Part shown: positions 55,155-62,893 of the stretch, in pieces
Layout: the number at the start of each line of letters is the position of its first letter
Numbering within the stretch: position 1 is the first letter of the stretch
Virus record (IMG/VR): IMGVR_UViG_3300035661_000001
Location: 1 to 64,000 of that record
Direction: 5' to 3' (one strand)
DNA length: 64,000 nt
The notes under the pieces: generated by a model
The model's database searches: none
What the model was told of the DNA's origin: nothing
The model's input: the letters and a program-made list of their open reading frames with translations, nothing else
Position numbers and translations under genes: made by a program

Positions 55155-55470
55155 TCTTAGCCATCAGGTTAATGATTGGGACGCGGTTCAACCAGAAGTT
55201 TTGGAAGTAAATCGACGTAACAGCATTATCCATGATGCATATAAAAAATGGCAAGGCACAGTTAATTTCAAGCATAACGAACTGTGTCGGGAGGGCGTAC
55301 TCATTGAAGTTGTGAATGCTAGAGGAGAAATTTCTCAGTTTCTCATTGGTAGTATAAATGAGTCGGGTGGCGTTGGTAGTGATCATGGCTTCATTGATGA
55401 TAGTGATATCATCAAAAGATGCTGTGTAGTTTGGTCAAAAGAAAAAGGAAAAGAGTTGAGTCATGAGTAG
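55129..55470 (+). CDS. hypothetical protein
   Basis: FLIGSINESGG motif. Confidence 0.6.
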   Translation: MDMVLRWYDLSHQVNDWDAVQPEVLEVNRRNSIIHDAYKKWQGTVNFKHNELCREGVLIEVVNARGEISQFLIGSINESGGVGSDHGFIDDSDIIKRCCVVWSKEKGKELSHE

Positions 55471-55647
55471 CAAGATCAAGGCGCGCCAGGATAAGAAGCC
55501 CAAGAGATTTATTCCCGATTATTCCCCTGAAAAAGGAGCATCAAAGGCGCGAAGAGCGAACAACACCCATCACAGTAGAGAAGATAAGCGAGAGGGTAAC
55601 CGCCGTGACTGGCGGAACTTTGAAGGTCGTTAATAGGTAGAGGGGTT

Positions 55648-56331
55648 ATGAGCGAGTCAGTAGAATCTATTCTTGATAGAGTACAGAGAAATACTATTGC
55701 TGTACGCCATACCTTAATTGGTAAGGGTTGGTTTACTGCGCTCGAAGCTATGGAACTCGGAGCCAGTCTCCACAAAGGCAAACGAAAAGATGGAAAGACT
55801 CCTGAGTTTTTTCATCAGATTGAAATTGCTGGGTTTCTACTGACCATCGCTGATATGCTTCTGTATCCTGAAGATACGATTGCGGTTTCTTTTCTGCACG
55901 ATGCTCCAGAAGATTATGATATTGGATTCGAAGAACTAGAATCTAAATTCAATGGTAGAATCGCCCGAGCAACTAAGCTGATTACTAAGACCCATCGTGG
56001 TAAAAAGGTCCTGCCAGAAGTATACTTCTCTGAAATGGTGGATGATGCAATCTCTTCTGTAGTAAAAGGAGTGGACAGAATTCATAATCAAGGAAGTATG
56101 TTGGGAGTCTTCCCTCGTGCTAAACAAGATCTTTATGTGGATGAGACTACAAATCTTATTCTTCCTATGCTCAAGAACGCTAGGAAGAAACATTTCAGGC
56201 AATATAATGCCTACATGAACATCATGTTCGTGTTGAAAGGGCAGCTCAGCATGATTGCTGCAATGCATGCCGCTTTAGATAAGGAAGAAGAGCATGCCGC
56301 TTTAGATAAGGAAGAAGAGCATGGCGCTTGA
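55648..56331 (+). CDS. HD-domain hydrolase, RelA/SpoT-HD (Mesh1/SAH)-like
   Basis: H.G.RKDG.TP...H...LHDAPED...VK..DRIHN. Confidence 0.85.
   Translation: MSESVESILDRVQRNTIAVRHTLIGKGWFTALEAMELGASLHKGKRKDGKTPEFFHQIEIAGFLLTIADMLLYPEDTIAVSFLHDAPEDYDIGFEELESKFNGRIARATKLITKTHRGKKVLPEVYFSEMVDDAISSVVKGVDRIHNQGSMLGVFPRAKQDLYVDETTNLILPMLKNARKKHFRQYNAYMNIMFVLKGQLSMIAAMHAALDKEEEHAALDKEEEHGA
56265..56323 (+). repeat. 27-bp in-frame tandem duplication (HAALDKEEE x2)
   Basis: GCATGCCGCTTTAGATAAGGAAGAAGA occurs twice. Confidence 0.95.
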
Positions 56332-56941
56332 TAGATATACGCACGATAGACGCGAGCAAACATCAGATGCTATGATTGCTTTTGCAAAGAGCTTGCAAAA
56401 ACTGATTTCTCTGAAGTATGGTGGCAATTGTATTCTTCGTTTGGAATATGAAACAGCTCCCTATGGAACAGAGAGCGCAGAGGTCATGGTCTTTGTTCAA
56501 AGAGATGAAGACGAGGGTTTCTATTTCCTTAACAACGTACAGATAAATACTTTGGATGACGCGATTCAAGTTTGGTCCATGGCTTGTGCAAATGTGATTA
56601 AACCGATCGCTTCAGATGAAAAGCGAGAAGATGATTTCGAGGAGCTTGGAGCGGAAGCAATTCCTACTTCTCTGGAAGAAATTCTAGATGCTTACGGTCC
56701 TTCTGATGACAAAGGAACTCATGACAACGATGATGATCGTGAATCAATCGTTACTGAATTCTTGAATTCAAGAAGAGAAAAAGATACTCTTGAGGAAAGC
56801 GAAGAGCCAACCATTTATGAAGAGTATCACGGTCAAACTTTGGAGTTGAAGCCGCCTCGTGATGATGACCCATCAGATAACGAGGGGCTAGAAGATGTGA
56901 CGGATGATGAGCAGAATCAGCATGGTGCTGAAGCCGCGTAA
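56321..56941 (+). CDS. highly acidic hypothetical protein
   Basis: D/E-rich C-terminal half. Confidence 0.75.
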   Translation: MALDRYTHDRREQTSDAMIAFAKSLQKLISLKYGGNCILRLEYETAPYGTESAEVMVFVQRDEDEGFYFLNNVQINTLDDAIQVWSMACANVIKPIASDEKREDDFEELGAEAIPTSLEEILDAYGPSDDKGTHDNDDDRESIVTEFLNSRREKDTLEESEEPTIYEEYHGQTLELKPPRDDDPSDNEGLEDVTDDEQNQHGAEAA

Positions 56942-56987
56942 TCGATGTCAGTAATTGAACCACATGGTTCAGAAAGATTGTATCAAT

Positions 56988-57455
56988 ATGAGTGAGATTT
57001 CGTACGAAACCCTTACGGCTTACGCTGTGAGAAATGCCGATGGTAAGGTTGATTTTGATTCTACCATCAAGAAGTTCAGTACTCGTCTCGTCGAGTTCGA
57101 GGCTGCGGTGGAGAAGGAGGAGGGTGCTATTGCTTCGGCAGTGACCGACACTTTCGACAAGTTGCTTGCGGACGAGGCGACCAAGGGCATGAATCAGAAC
57201 ATGGACACCATCGTGTTCCTGGCTGTTCAGGCACTGGCTCCCAATGCCGGTAACTACAAGATTCTGTCCGACAGAATCAAGAACTGGCTCCGCATCAATT
57301 CGGATCAGCCGAAGAAGATGTCTGAGGATGGTAAGACCGTGCTGGTTGAGGCTGAGAAGCCCCGTACCCGCATGTTCGGTATCTTCAAGGGTAAGGGCGG
57401 CGGCGTGAAGCGCTGGTCGGATTTCCCGGAGACTGCTGTCAAGCCTGAGGAGTGA
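56988..57455 (+). CDS. hypothetical protein (similar to 8406-8888)
   Basis: RNADGKVDFD...GKGGGV; strong codon bias. Confidence 0.8.
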   Translation: MSEISYETLTAYAVRNADGKVDFDSTIKKFSTRLVEFEAAVEKEEGAIASAVTDTFDKLLADEATKGMNQNMDTIVFLAVQALAPNAGNYKILSDRIKNWLRINSDQPKKMSEDGKTVLVEAEKPRTRMFGIFKGKGGGVKRWSDFPETAVKPEE

Positions 57456-57469
57456 TTCGATCAGAGATA

Positions 57470-57498
57470 GGGAGCGGAACTACTTCTGCTCCCATTTT
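57470..57498 (+). terminator. Rho-independent terminator
   Basis: GGGAGCGGA-ACTACT-TCTGCTCCC-ATTTT. Confidence 0.65.
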
Positions 57499-57499
57499 C

Positions 57500-57576
57500 G
57501 GGAAGATAATTCAAAAAGAGACATAGAACATCGGTGGTCGACCGAGATGGTAGTTCAATCCTATCTCTTCCCTCTA
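57500..57576 (+). ncRNA. Non-canonical tRNA-like fold with short anticodon arm
   Basis: GGGAAGA/TCTTCCC; TCGGT-GGTCG-ACCGA; GGTAG-TTCAATC-CTATC; T-CTA. Confidence 0.55.
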
Positions 57577-57713
57577 TGTGCGTTGGTCTAAACGATGACA
57601 ACATGTAGTACCATAACTAGTAGCTGCAAGCCCCCTCTAGTTATCGTGCTACTGAGTTCACTAGGGCAAGAGTGCTTGCAAACTCTAATAACAGAAGAGC
57701 CCTGTTACGCACA
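57577..57713 (+). ncRNA. Enlarged tRNA-like fold
   Basis: TGTGCGT/ACGCACA acceptor; GTC/GAC D stem; long ATAACTAG/CTAGTTAT arm; AACAG/CTGTT T-like arm. Confidence 0.45.
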
Positions 57714-57832
57714 TTTTAACTTAAAGGCTTTTTAACAATGGAGCCCTGACAAGTTAAACCGACGGGCAAGAATCCGTGCGGATTTAACAGTTGTCATTAA
57801 ATCAAACGTTCGAGGACACCTATCGTTGTTAG

Positions 57833-57960
57833 CGCTGACATAGTGGTGTGACATTCGGGAGAGCCCGCGCCCTCAAAGATAGAGGGTGGAGATATATTAG
57901 GGTTTTGGAAGCCCAACCTCTGACCGGGGTGTAATGAGGTTCGATCCCTCAATGTATCGC
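57833..57960 (+). ncRNA. Enlarged tRNA-like fold with several hairpins
   Basis: AGCG..ACAT/ATGT..CGCT closing stem; TGAGG-TTCGATC-CCTCA T arm. Confidence 0.4.
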
Positions 57961-57968
57961 TGATGAAT

Positions 57969-58069
57969 GTTATGTTGAGCGGGATTGCTCACGAGGTAGC
58001 TCCTTGTATCGCGGTTCGAGTCCGCGTTGGTCCCAGGGCGGGTATGTGGTTCGAATCCATTACATGACT
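57969..58069 (+). ncRNA. tRNA-like fold containing a nested acceptor plus T-arm module
   Basis: Outer GTTATGT/ACATGAC with GTGG-TTCGAAT-CCAT; inner GGGATTG/TGGTCCC with CGCGG-TTCGAGT-CCGCG. Confidence 0.5.
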
Positions 58070-58116
58070 TTCATCTTCAATTAAACAACAGTTCTTACCC
58101 AGAATTTGGAAATGAA

Positions 58117-58407
58117 ATGATTCCCAAGGAAGAAGATTACGTTCCCGGTGATTTGGTTTATAAGAGCGCGAGGTGGGCGGCAGCTTATCCTACGTGGAAT
58201 GTTTCGCGTGGAGTCATTATGACTTCTAGAAAATCTATAGTGCTTGATAGTTCTCTTGGAGCTAGCGACCGAAACATGTATCAAGAAAGATACGGAAAAC
58301 AGGAATGGTATCCTTGTTTTGAAATCCTCATCGCTACACCTCAAGGGAATTATCGAATTAGCCAATTCGGATTTAACAAGGACAATGAGGAGGAGCACTC
58401 GAAATGA
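58117..58407 (+). CDS. hypothetical protein (SH3-like)
   Basis: YVPGDLVY...GVI pattern. Confidence 0.6.
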   Translation: MIPKEEDYVPGDLVYKSARWAAAYPTWNVSRGVIMTSRKSIVLDSSLGASDRNMYQERYGKQEWYPCFEILIATPQGNYRISQFGFNKDNEEEHSK

Positions 58408-58898
58408 GTAAGTTGGAAAAGAGCTTTGAAAAAGCTTACAAGCAGTATGGTACGAAAATTGCTGGTAAAGTGAAGACCGCATATGATTCCGTCGGGGATC
58501 CAGCAAAACATGCGGTCGGTGCCAAGGCATTGGTTGAGGCTATCGCCATCTCTGATGCAAATGGTATTCCCTTCACCTCTCAAGTAGTTACAATAGGTAA
58601 TTACTTGATGCTGGCTGACAATCAGTACATTCCTGAGTCTTATTTTATCAAGTTCAAGGAGCTTGATAATAACAAGGCTTCCGCAGTAACTTCGGTCACC
58701 GTCGAAGCTCTGAACAAATATACTCCTCCTAGTAATTTCAACGAGCACTATGATGACGATGGCGAAGATTATGACGATGAGGATGATGAGGATGAGGATG
58801 ATGAGGATGATGAGGATGAGGATGAGGATGAGGATGAGGATGAGGATGAGGATGAGGAGGATGAGGAGGATGATGATTACGATGATGAAGAAGAGTGA
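58404..58898 (+). CDS. protein with a ~50-residue Asp/Glu C-terminal tract
   Basis: GAGGAG SD; tail DDDGEDYDDEDDEDED...EEE. Confidence 0.85.
   Translation: MSKLEKSFEKAYKQYGTKIAGKVKTAYDSVGDPAKHAVGAKALVEAIAISDANGIPFTSQVVTIGNYLMLADNQYIPESYFIKFKELDNNKASAVTSVTVEALNKYTPPSNFNEHYDDDGEDYDDEDDEDEDDEDDEDEDEDEDEDEDEDEEDEEDDDYDDEEE
58777..58880 (+). repeat. (GAGGAT)n/(GAT)n coding microsatellite
   Basis: Near-perfect GAGGAT and GAT units. Confidence 0.9.
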
Positions 58899-58977
58899 TT
58901 CAGATCAAGCAATAACCATCTGAGTTACTAACAGATTCAAACTAATAACAATCAATCAGAAAATTGGAACACAGATT

Positions 58978-60180
58978 ATGCTTGAACAACTAGTGGAAAT
59001 GGGCAACAACGCTCCCCGCGTATTTGTTTACAGCACCGGAGCTGGTGCTGGTATTCAAGAAAAGATCTGGAGAACACTGGGCTGTTCTAATTTTCTGATT
59101 GGCTGCGGTTTTCCATATGCCGGATCTCAAACTAGTAAATACATAGGATATACTCCAGAACGATTTGTAAATGGAGATGTTGCTATGGAACTGGCAATGG
59201 CAGCTTACATTGAAGCTTATGAGCCAGGTAGAAAAACTATTGGTGTTGGATTAAGTTGCTCGGTCGCCTCTCTAGAAGCACACAAGGGAGCCCATCGCAT
59301 CATTGCTTCCAGCTTCTCTGATAATGAATGTTTGACTTTCGCCGCCGAGATTCCTAAAGGATATGGTTTAGGTCAACGTGTGACCGATGGTAATTTGGCT
59401 GATGAGATTGGTGTTGCAACTATTCTCAAAGCCGCAGGTCTTTGGAGCGAAAACCAAATGATCGCCTCTTCTATTCATCCAGAAGCTAACATGGAAATCA
59501 TACCTCCTCTGAGCGAAGGTGATATAAAACCAACCTCATATTTCATGAGGTATTCTCCTGTGAATACTGCTGATCGAGCCAAGGAACTGATTCTCTCTCG
59601 GTCGTTGTTCTCTGCAAATGGTTCAAGAATGTCTGAGAGCAAAGTTGATGACAGCAAGGTAATTCATTATCCTGGCAGTTTCAATCCTTTGCACTTCGGT
59701 CATATTGATGGATCTGAAGCTATCAGACAAACAGCAGCCAAACGGTTTGGCGAGTGTCGAGATATCGTTTTTGATACCGTTGCTAATCCTCCGCACAAAG
59801 CTGCGCCAACTGCCGCTCAATTGCTTGACAAGATCGCAATGATGCGTGGTAGGAATTTTTGCCTCACTTCTAATGATCCCTTGTTTATCGACAAGGCTAG
59901 GAAACATCCTGGTGCATGGTTCGGTCTCGGAGCCGATATGCTGATTACTATGCTGGACCCCAAGTGGGGTGTAGATCCAATAGAACTTCTTGCTGAGCTT
60001 CAAAAGCTTAATGTTAAGATATTTGTTTTGGGTCGTTGTGTCAAAGGAGAGTTCATCACTTTGGAAGACATTGTCGTTTCCAATAAGGTGATGTTGATGC
60101 CGTATCTTGACACTCTATTGATTTCTGTTCCTGGAAGGTGGGATATTAGTTCGACGGAAATTCGAGCTAGATCCAATTAA
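58978..60180 (+). CDS. CinA/PncC-like domain fused to NadD-like (HxGH) adenylyltransferase
   Basis: N-domain STGAGAG...PY...A.ELAMAAY...GVGLSC...G.HR; C-domain YPGSFNPLHFGH, FGLGAD, DISSTEIR. Confidence 0.8.
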   Translation: MLEQLVEMGNNAPRVFVYSTGAGAGIQEKIWRTLGCSNFLIGCGFPYAGSQTSKYIGYTPERFVNGDVAMELAMAAYIEAYEPGRKTIGVGLSCSVASLEAHKGAHRIIASSFSDNECLTFAAEIPKGYGLGQRVTDGNLADEIGVATILKAAGLWSENQMIASSIHPEANMEIIPPLSEGDIKPTSYFMRYSPVNTADRAKELILSRSLFSANGSRMSESKVDDSKVIHYPGSFNPLHFGHIDGSEAIRQTAAKRFGECRDIVFDTVANPPHKAAPTAAQLLDKIAMMRGRNFCLTSNDPLFIDKARKHPGAWFGLGADMLITMLDPKWGVDPIELLAELQKLNVKIFVLGRCVKGEFITLEDIVVSNKVMLMPYLDTLLISVPGRWDISSTEIRARSN

Positions 60181-60356
60181 TCAGGTACTGATAAAAAAGA
60201 AACATATCGTTATGATGAATGTCTTATATTAAATATTAATATACAATAGGACGTTTATTGTATCGGTATGGGGTGGCACCGGAGCAGTCGGATTACGTGC
60301 GACTATTAGTTTGGTAGAACTAGTAGGTGGTTTAATTGCCCCGGCGCCATCATCTT

Positions 60357-60428
60357 ATCTAGGTAGCTCAATGGCAGAGCTTCGCATCTAAGCGAAAGAC
60401 ATGAGTTCGATCCTCATCCTAGAACCTA
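60357..60428 (+). tRNA. tRNA-like gene with 6-nt anticodon loop AUCUAA (CUA, or UCU with a deletion)
   Basis: TCTAGG/CCTAGA; GCTC-AATGGCA-GAGC; TTCGC-ATCTAA-GCGAA; ATGAG-TTCGATC-CTCAT; C-CTA. Confidence 0.7.
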
Positions 60429-60454
60429 ATAAACGAACGAAATGGTGATAAAAA

Positions 60455-60706
60455 ATGGAATATGAATGTATCGTGACTAATCGTGGCACTCCCGAGATGT
60501 GGCGAGTCAAACATAAACCTTGTCAGCGGGTATTCGCTATCTGCACAGATGGTGATAAAGTATATCTAACTGGTACCCATCCACCAATCTATCAAAACAA
60601 TGATGGATATAGTTTGGAAAAATCAGAAGGATCAATTGAAGTATATCCGCCAGGAGCTTGGTTTACTATTGAGTTCTTCAATGAATACTACATCAAAGAT
60701 TGTTGA
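60455..60706 (+). CDS. hypothetical protein
   Basis: ORF track. Confidence 0.6.
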   Translation: MEYECIVTNRGTPEMWRVKHKPCQRVFAICTDGDKVYLTGTHPPIYQNNDGYSLEKSEGSIEVYPPGAWFTIEFFNEYYIKDC

Positions 60707-60738
60707 AACTTGTCTTTCTCTTTGAAAGAAAATAAAAA

Positions 60739-61710
60739 ATGAAATCATTTGTGTCTGCATTGGCTGCATGTGTTTTGCTTTTTCCAGCCGAAGTTAGGGC
60801 GGAAGATAGGACGCTGAATGATTTCACATTCAGCGTTCCATTCAATGCTGATCCTGGTTTCATTGAAAACCGTTTTGGATTCAAACAACTTGTCACGCCT
60901 AGCCTACCCATCAGTGGCGGACTCACTGCTTTTACTATGGGCGAACAGGTTGCTGTAGACATTAAACTTCATGATTATATTGGAGTATCCGGCAAGTTCT
61001 TGGGCTCATTTCAGGCGGGTGGATCATCGGCAGGAGATGATTATCATCTTGCTGCCGGATATGCTATCAAAGCAGATGGCAGTATCAATGTAAAATTCTT
61101 TAGAGCTGAAGAAATCGGTGCTCAATGGATTTTTCATATCAAAGCTTCTTATCGAAAAAATCAAGGTATACTCGCTGATACTGGTGGCGTTGCCATTAAT
61201 TTCGATAATGACTATTACAAGGACCTTGTTGGTAAGAAGAATATCAAACCAGAAGAAGTTGCCGATCATTTCAAAGCTGATCTGAAGAAGACTTTGAAAG
61301 AAAGTTTGTCGAAACTGACTACTGGTAGTCAAGCCACCTATGTTTCAGGTGGAGGATCTGTTTCTTGGATTGAGACGTTCAACCATAATTTTGCCATGCA
61401 GGCATCATCTGGTTTGATGATAGGTCCGAATACAATCAAAATTGGAGATGTGGAATCTCCAGCCATTCAATCCGTCGAATATAGTGCTGGCATCGCTGGC
61501 TATGTTTCTTTGGATCCTATTACTCCAATCACGTTTTGTATTGAATACGAACATACTGTGGTTCCAGGAAGTAAAAATAATCTTGTTCTGGCAAGTCTAA
61601 TCTTCAATAAAAAGAATTCCCCAATTGCAGTAACGGCAAGTGCTGGTAGATATTCTATTGGAGATGAGAACACTCCCATCGGTGCGGTGGGTATAGACTT
61701 ATACTTCTAA
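60739..61710 (+). CDS. putative outer-membrane beta-barrel protein
   Basis: Signal peptide ending EVRA; amphipathic alternating strands; terminal GIDLYF. Confidence 0.65.
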   Translation: MKSFVSALAACVLLFPAEVRAEDRTLNDFTFSVPFNADPGFIENRFGFKQLVTPSLPISGGLTAFTMGEQVAVDIKLHDYIGVSGKFLGSFQAGGSSAGDDYHLAAGYAIKADGSINVKFFRAEEIGAQWIFHIKASYRKNQGILADTGGVAINFDNDYYKDLVGKKNIKPEEVADHFKADLKKTLKESLSKLTTGSQATYVSGGGSVSWIETFNHNFAMQASSGLMIGPNTIKIGDVESPAIQSVEYSAGIAGYVSLDPITPITFCIEYEHTVVPGSKNNLVLASLIFNKKNSPIAVTASAGRYSIGDENTPIGAVGIDLYF

Positions 61711-61723
61711 ACAAAAGGTTAAT

Positions 61724-62071
61724 ATGTATCTCAGCATAGATATGGATAACTATCCATTGCCGCTCTTGCCAATGTCTCGTGACTTGGTTGATAAGTTAAT
61801 CGAACTACGTGTCGTGACTCTGATGATGTCTTCAGAGGAAGAGGATTTGAATTTCCTCCGCGCACATGAAGTAGAAATTGATCCAGCTCATTCAATCATA
61901 ATTGAGCTGGGATGGAAACGTCCCCGAGGCGCACATGGACTTGATGTGGACTTTTCCATCTATGAAACAGGAGCCACAACAGATGAAGCTATCGAGATCG
62001 CTATTAATCAGTTTCAATTTCATCTGGAACATTTTCCAGACGATCCTCTCAATACTTTTAAGGAGATCTAG
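61724..62071 (+). CDS. acidic hypothetical protein
   Basis: AAGG SD. Confidence 0.7.
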   Translation: MYLSIDMDNYPLPLLPMSRDLVDKLIELRVVTLMMSSEEEDLNFLRAHEVEIDPAHSIIIELGWKRPRGAHGLDVDFSIYETGATTDEAIEIAINQFQFHLEHFPDDPLNTFKEI

Positions 62072-62075
62072 AAAA

Positions 62076-62819
62076 ATGTCTTTCCGAATTGTTCCGTATA
62101 AAAAGGGCAGTGAAGGTGCAAAGCTGCTTGCCTTGAAGATGACCGAGATTAGTGGTAAGAAGGTTGCCGCCGGTGATCCTAGCTATGACCATCGCAACCT
62201 TCTTTGGGGAACTACAAAGTATCCCTTGCTGAATTTGCAGCCAGCTGCAAGTATCGCTATTGCTCAGAACAAATTGAGCACGCTCAACAAGCTGAAACAG
62301 TCTGACGTTTCTGTTCCTGAATTCACTACTCTCAGAGCAACGGCAGAGGAGTGGATTAGAAACGGCACGGTAGTCGTGGCTCGCACGCTACTGAACGCTT
62401 CTGAGGGGCGTGGAATCGTTGTTTGTCGTACGGTTGAGGAACTTGTTCCGGCGCCTTTGTATGTCAAGCTGGTTACCAAGGATAAAGAATTCAGAGTTCA
62501 TGCCTGTAATGGTGTGGCTATTGATTTGCAGGAGAAGCGTCGCCGTAATGGAGCGCGTAATCCTGATGGCTCACGAATTGACGGTATGATTCGCAATATC
62601 GACAATAACTGGGTTTTTTGCAGGAACGGTATTGCTGAGCCCCGAGGACTGAGAGATCTGGGTATTAAAGCCGTTCAAGCCCTGGGTCTGCTGTTTGGTG
62701 CAGTGGATATCATTTACAACAGCCAGACCGGGCTAATGTATGTTTTGGAAGTTAATACCGCGCCTGGATTGTGTGAAAGCACCGCGACTCGGTATGCTCA
62801 GGCGTTTCTGGCGCTGTGA
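62076..62819 (+). CDS. ATP-grasp ligase (phiEco32/RimK-like)
   Basis: NKLSTL..L..VPEF...R..GRGI...KEFRVH...FGAVDII...VLEVNTAPGL. Confidence 0.9.
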   Translation: MSFRIVPYKKGSEGAKLLALKMTEISGKKVAAGDPSYDHRNLLWGTTKYPLLNLQPAASIAIAQNKLSTLNKLKQSDVSVPEFTTLRATAEEWIRNGTVVVARTLLNASEGRGIVVCRTVEELVPAPLYVKLVTKDKEFRVHACNGVAIDLQEKRRRNGARNPDGSRIDGMIRNIDNNWVFCRNGIAEPRGLRDLGIKAVQALGLLFGAVDIIYNSQTGLMYVLEVNTAPGLCESTATRYAQAFLAL

Positions 62820-62893
62820 GTAAATGACTCCCTGGATCTGTCCGATCCATTCATTGAGGTGACAACTCATAGGGAGTTCTAAGGAATTGTAAT

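Noticed and set aside
56265-56323. 27-bp duplication as a functional repeat
   Set aside because: A single slippage-type duplication in a low-complexity C-terminal tail outside the HD domain
60267-60353. Structured RNA upstream of the CUA-loop tRNA
   Set aside because: Stems exist (TGGCACCGG/CCGGCGCCA plus two hairpins), but there is no T arm or recurring motif to support a call
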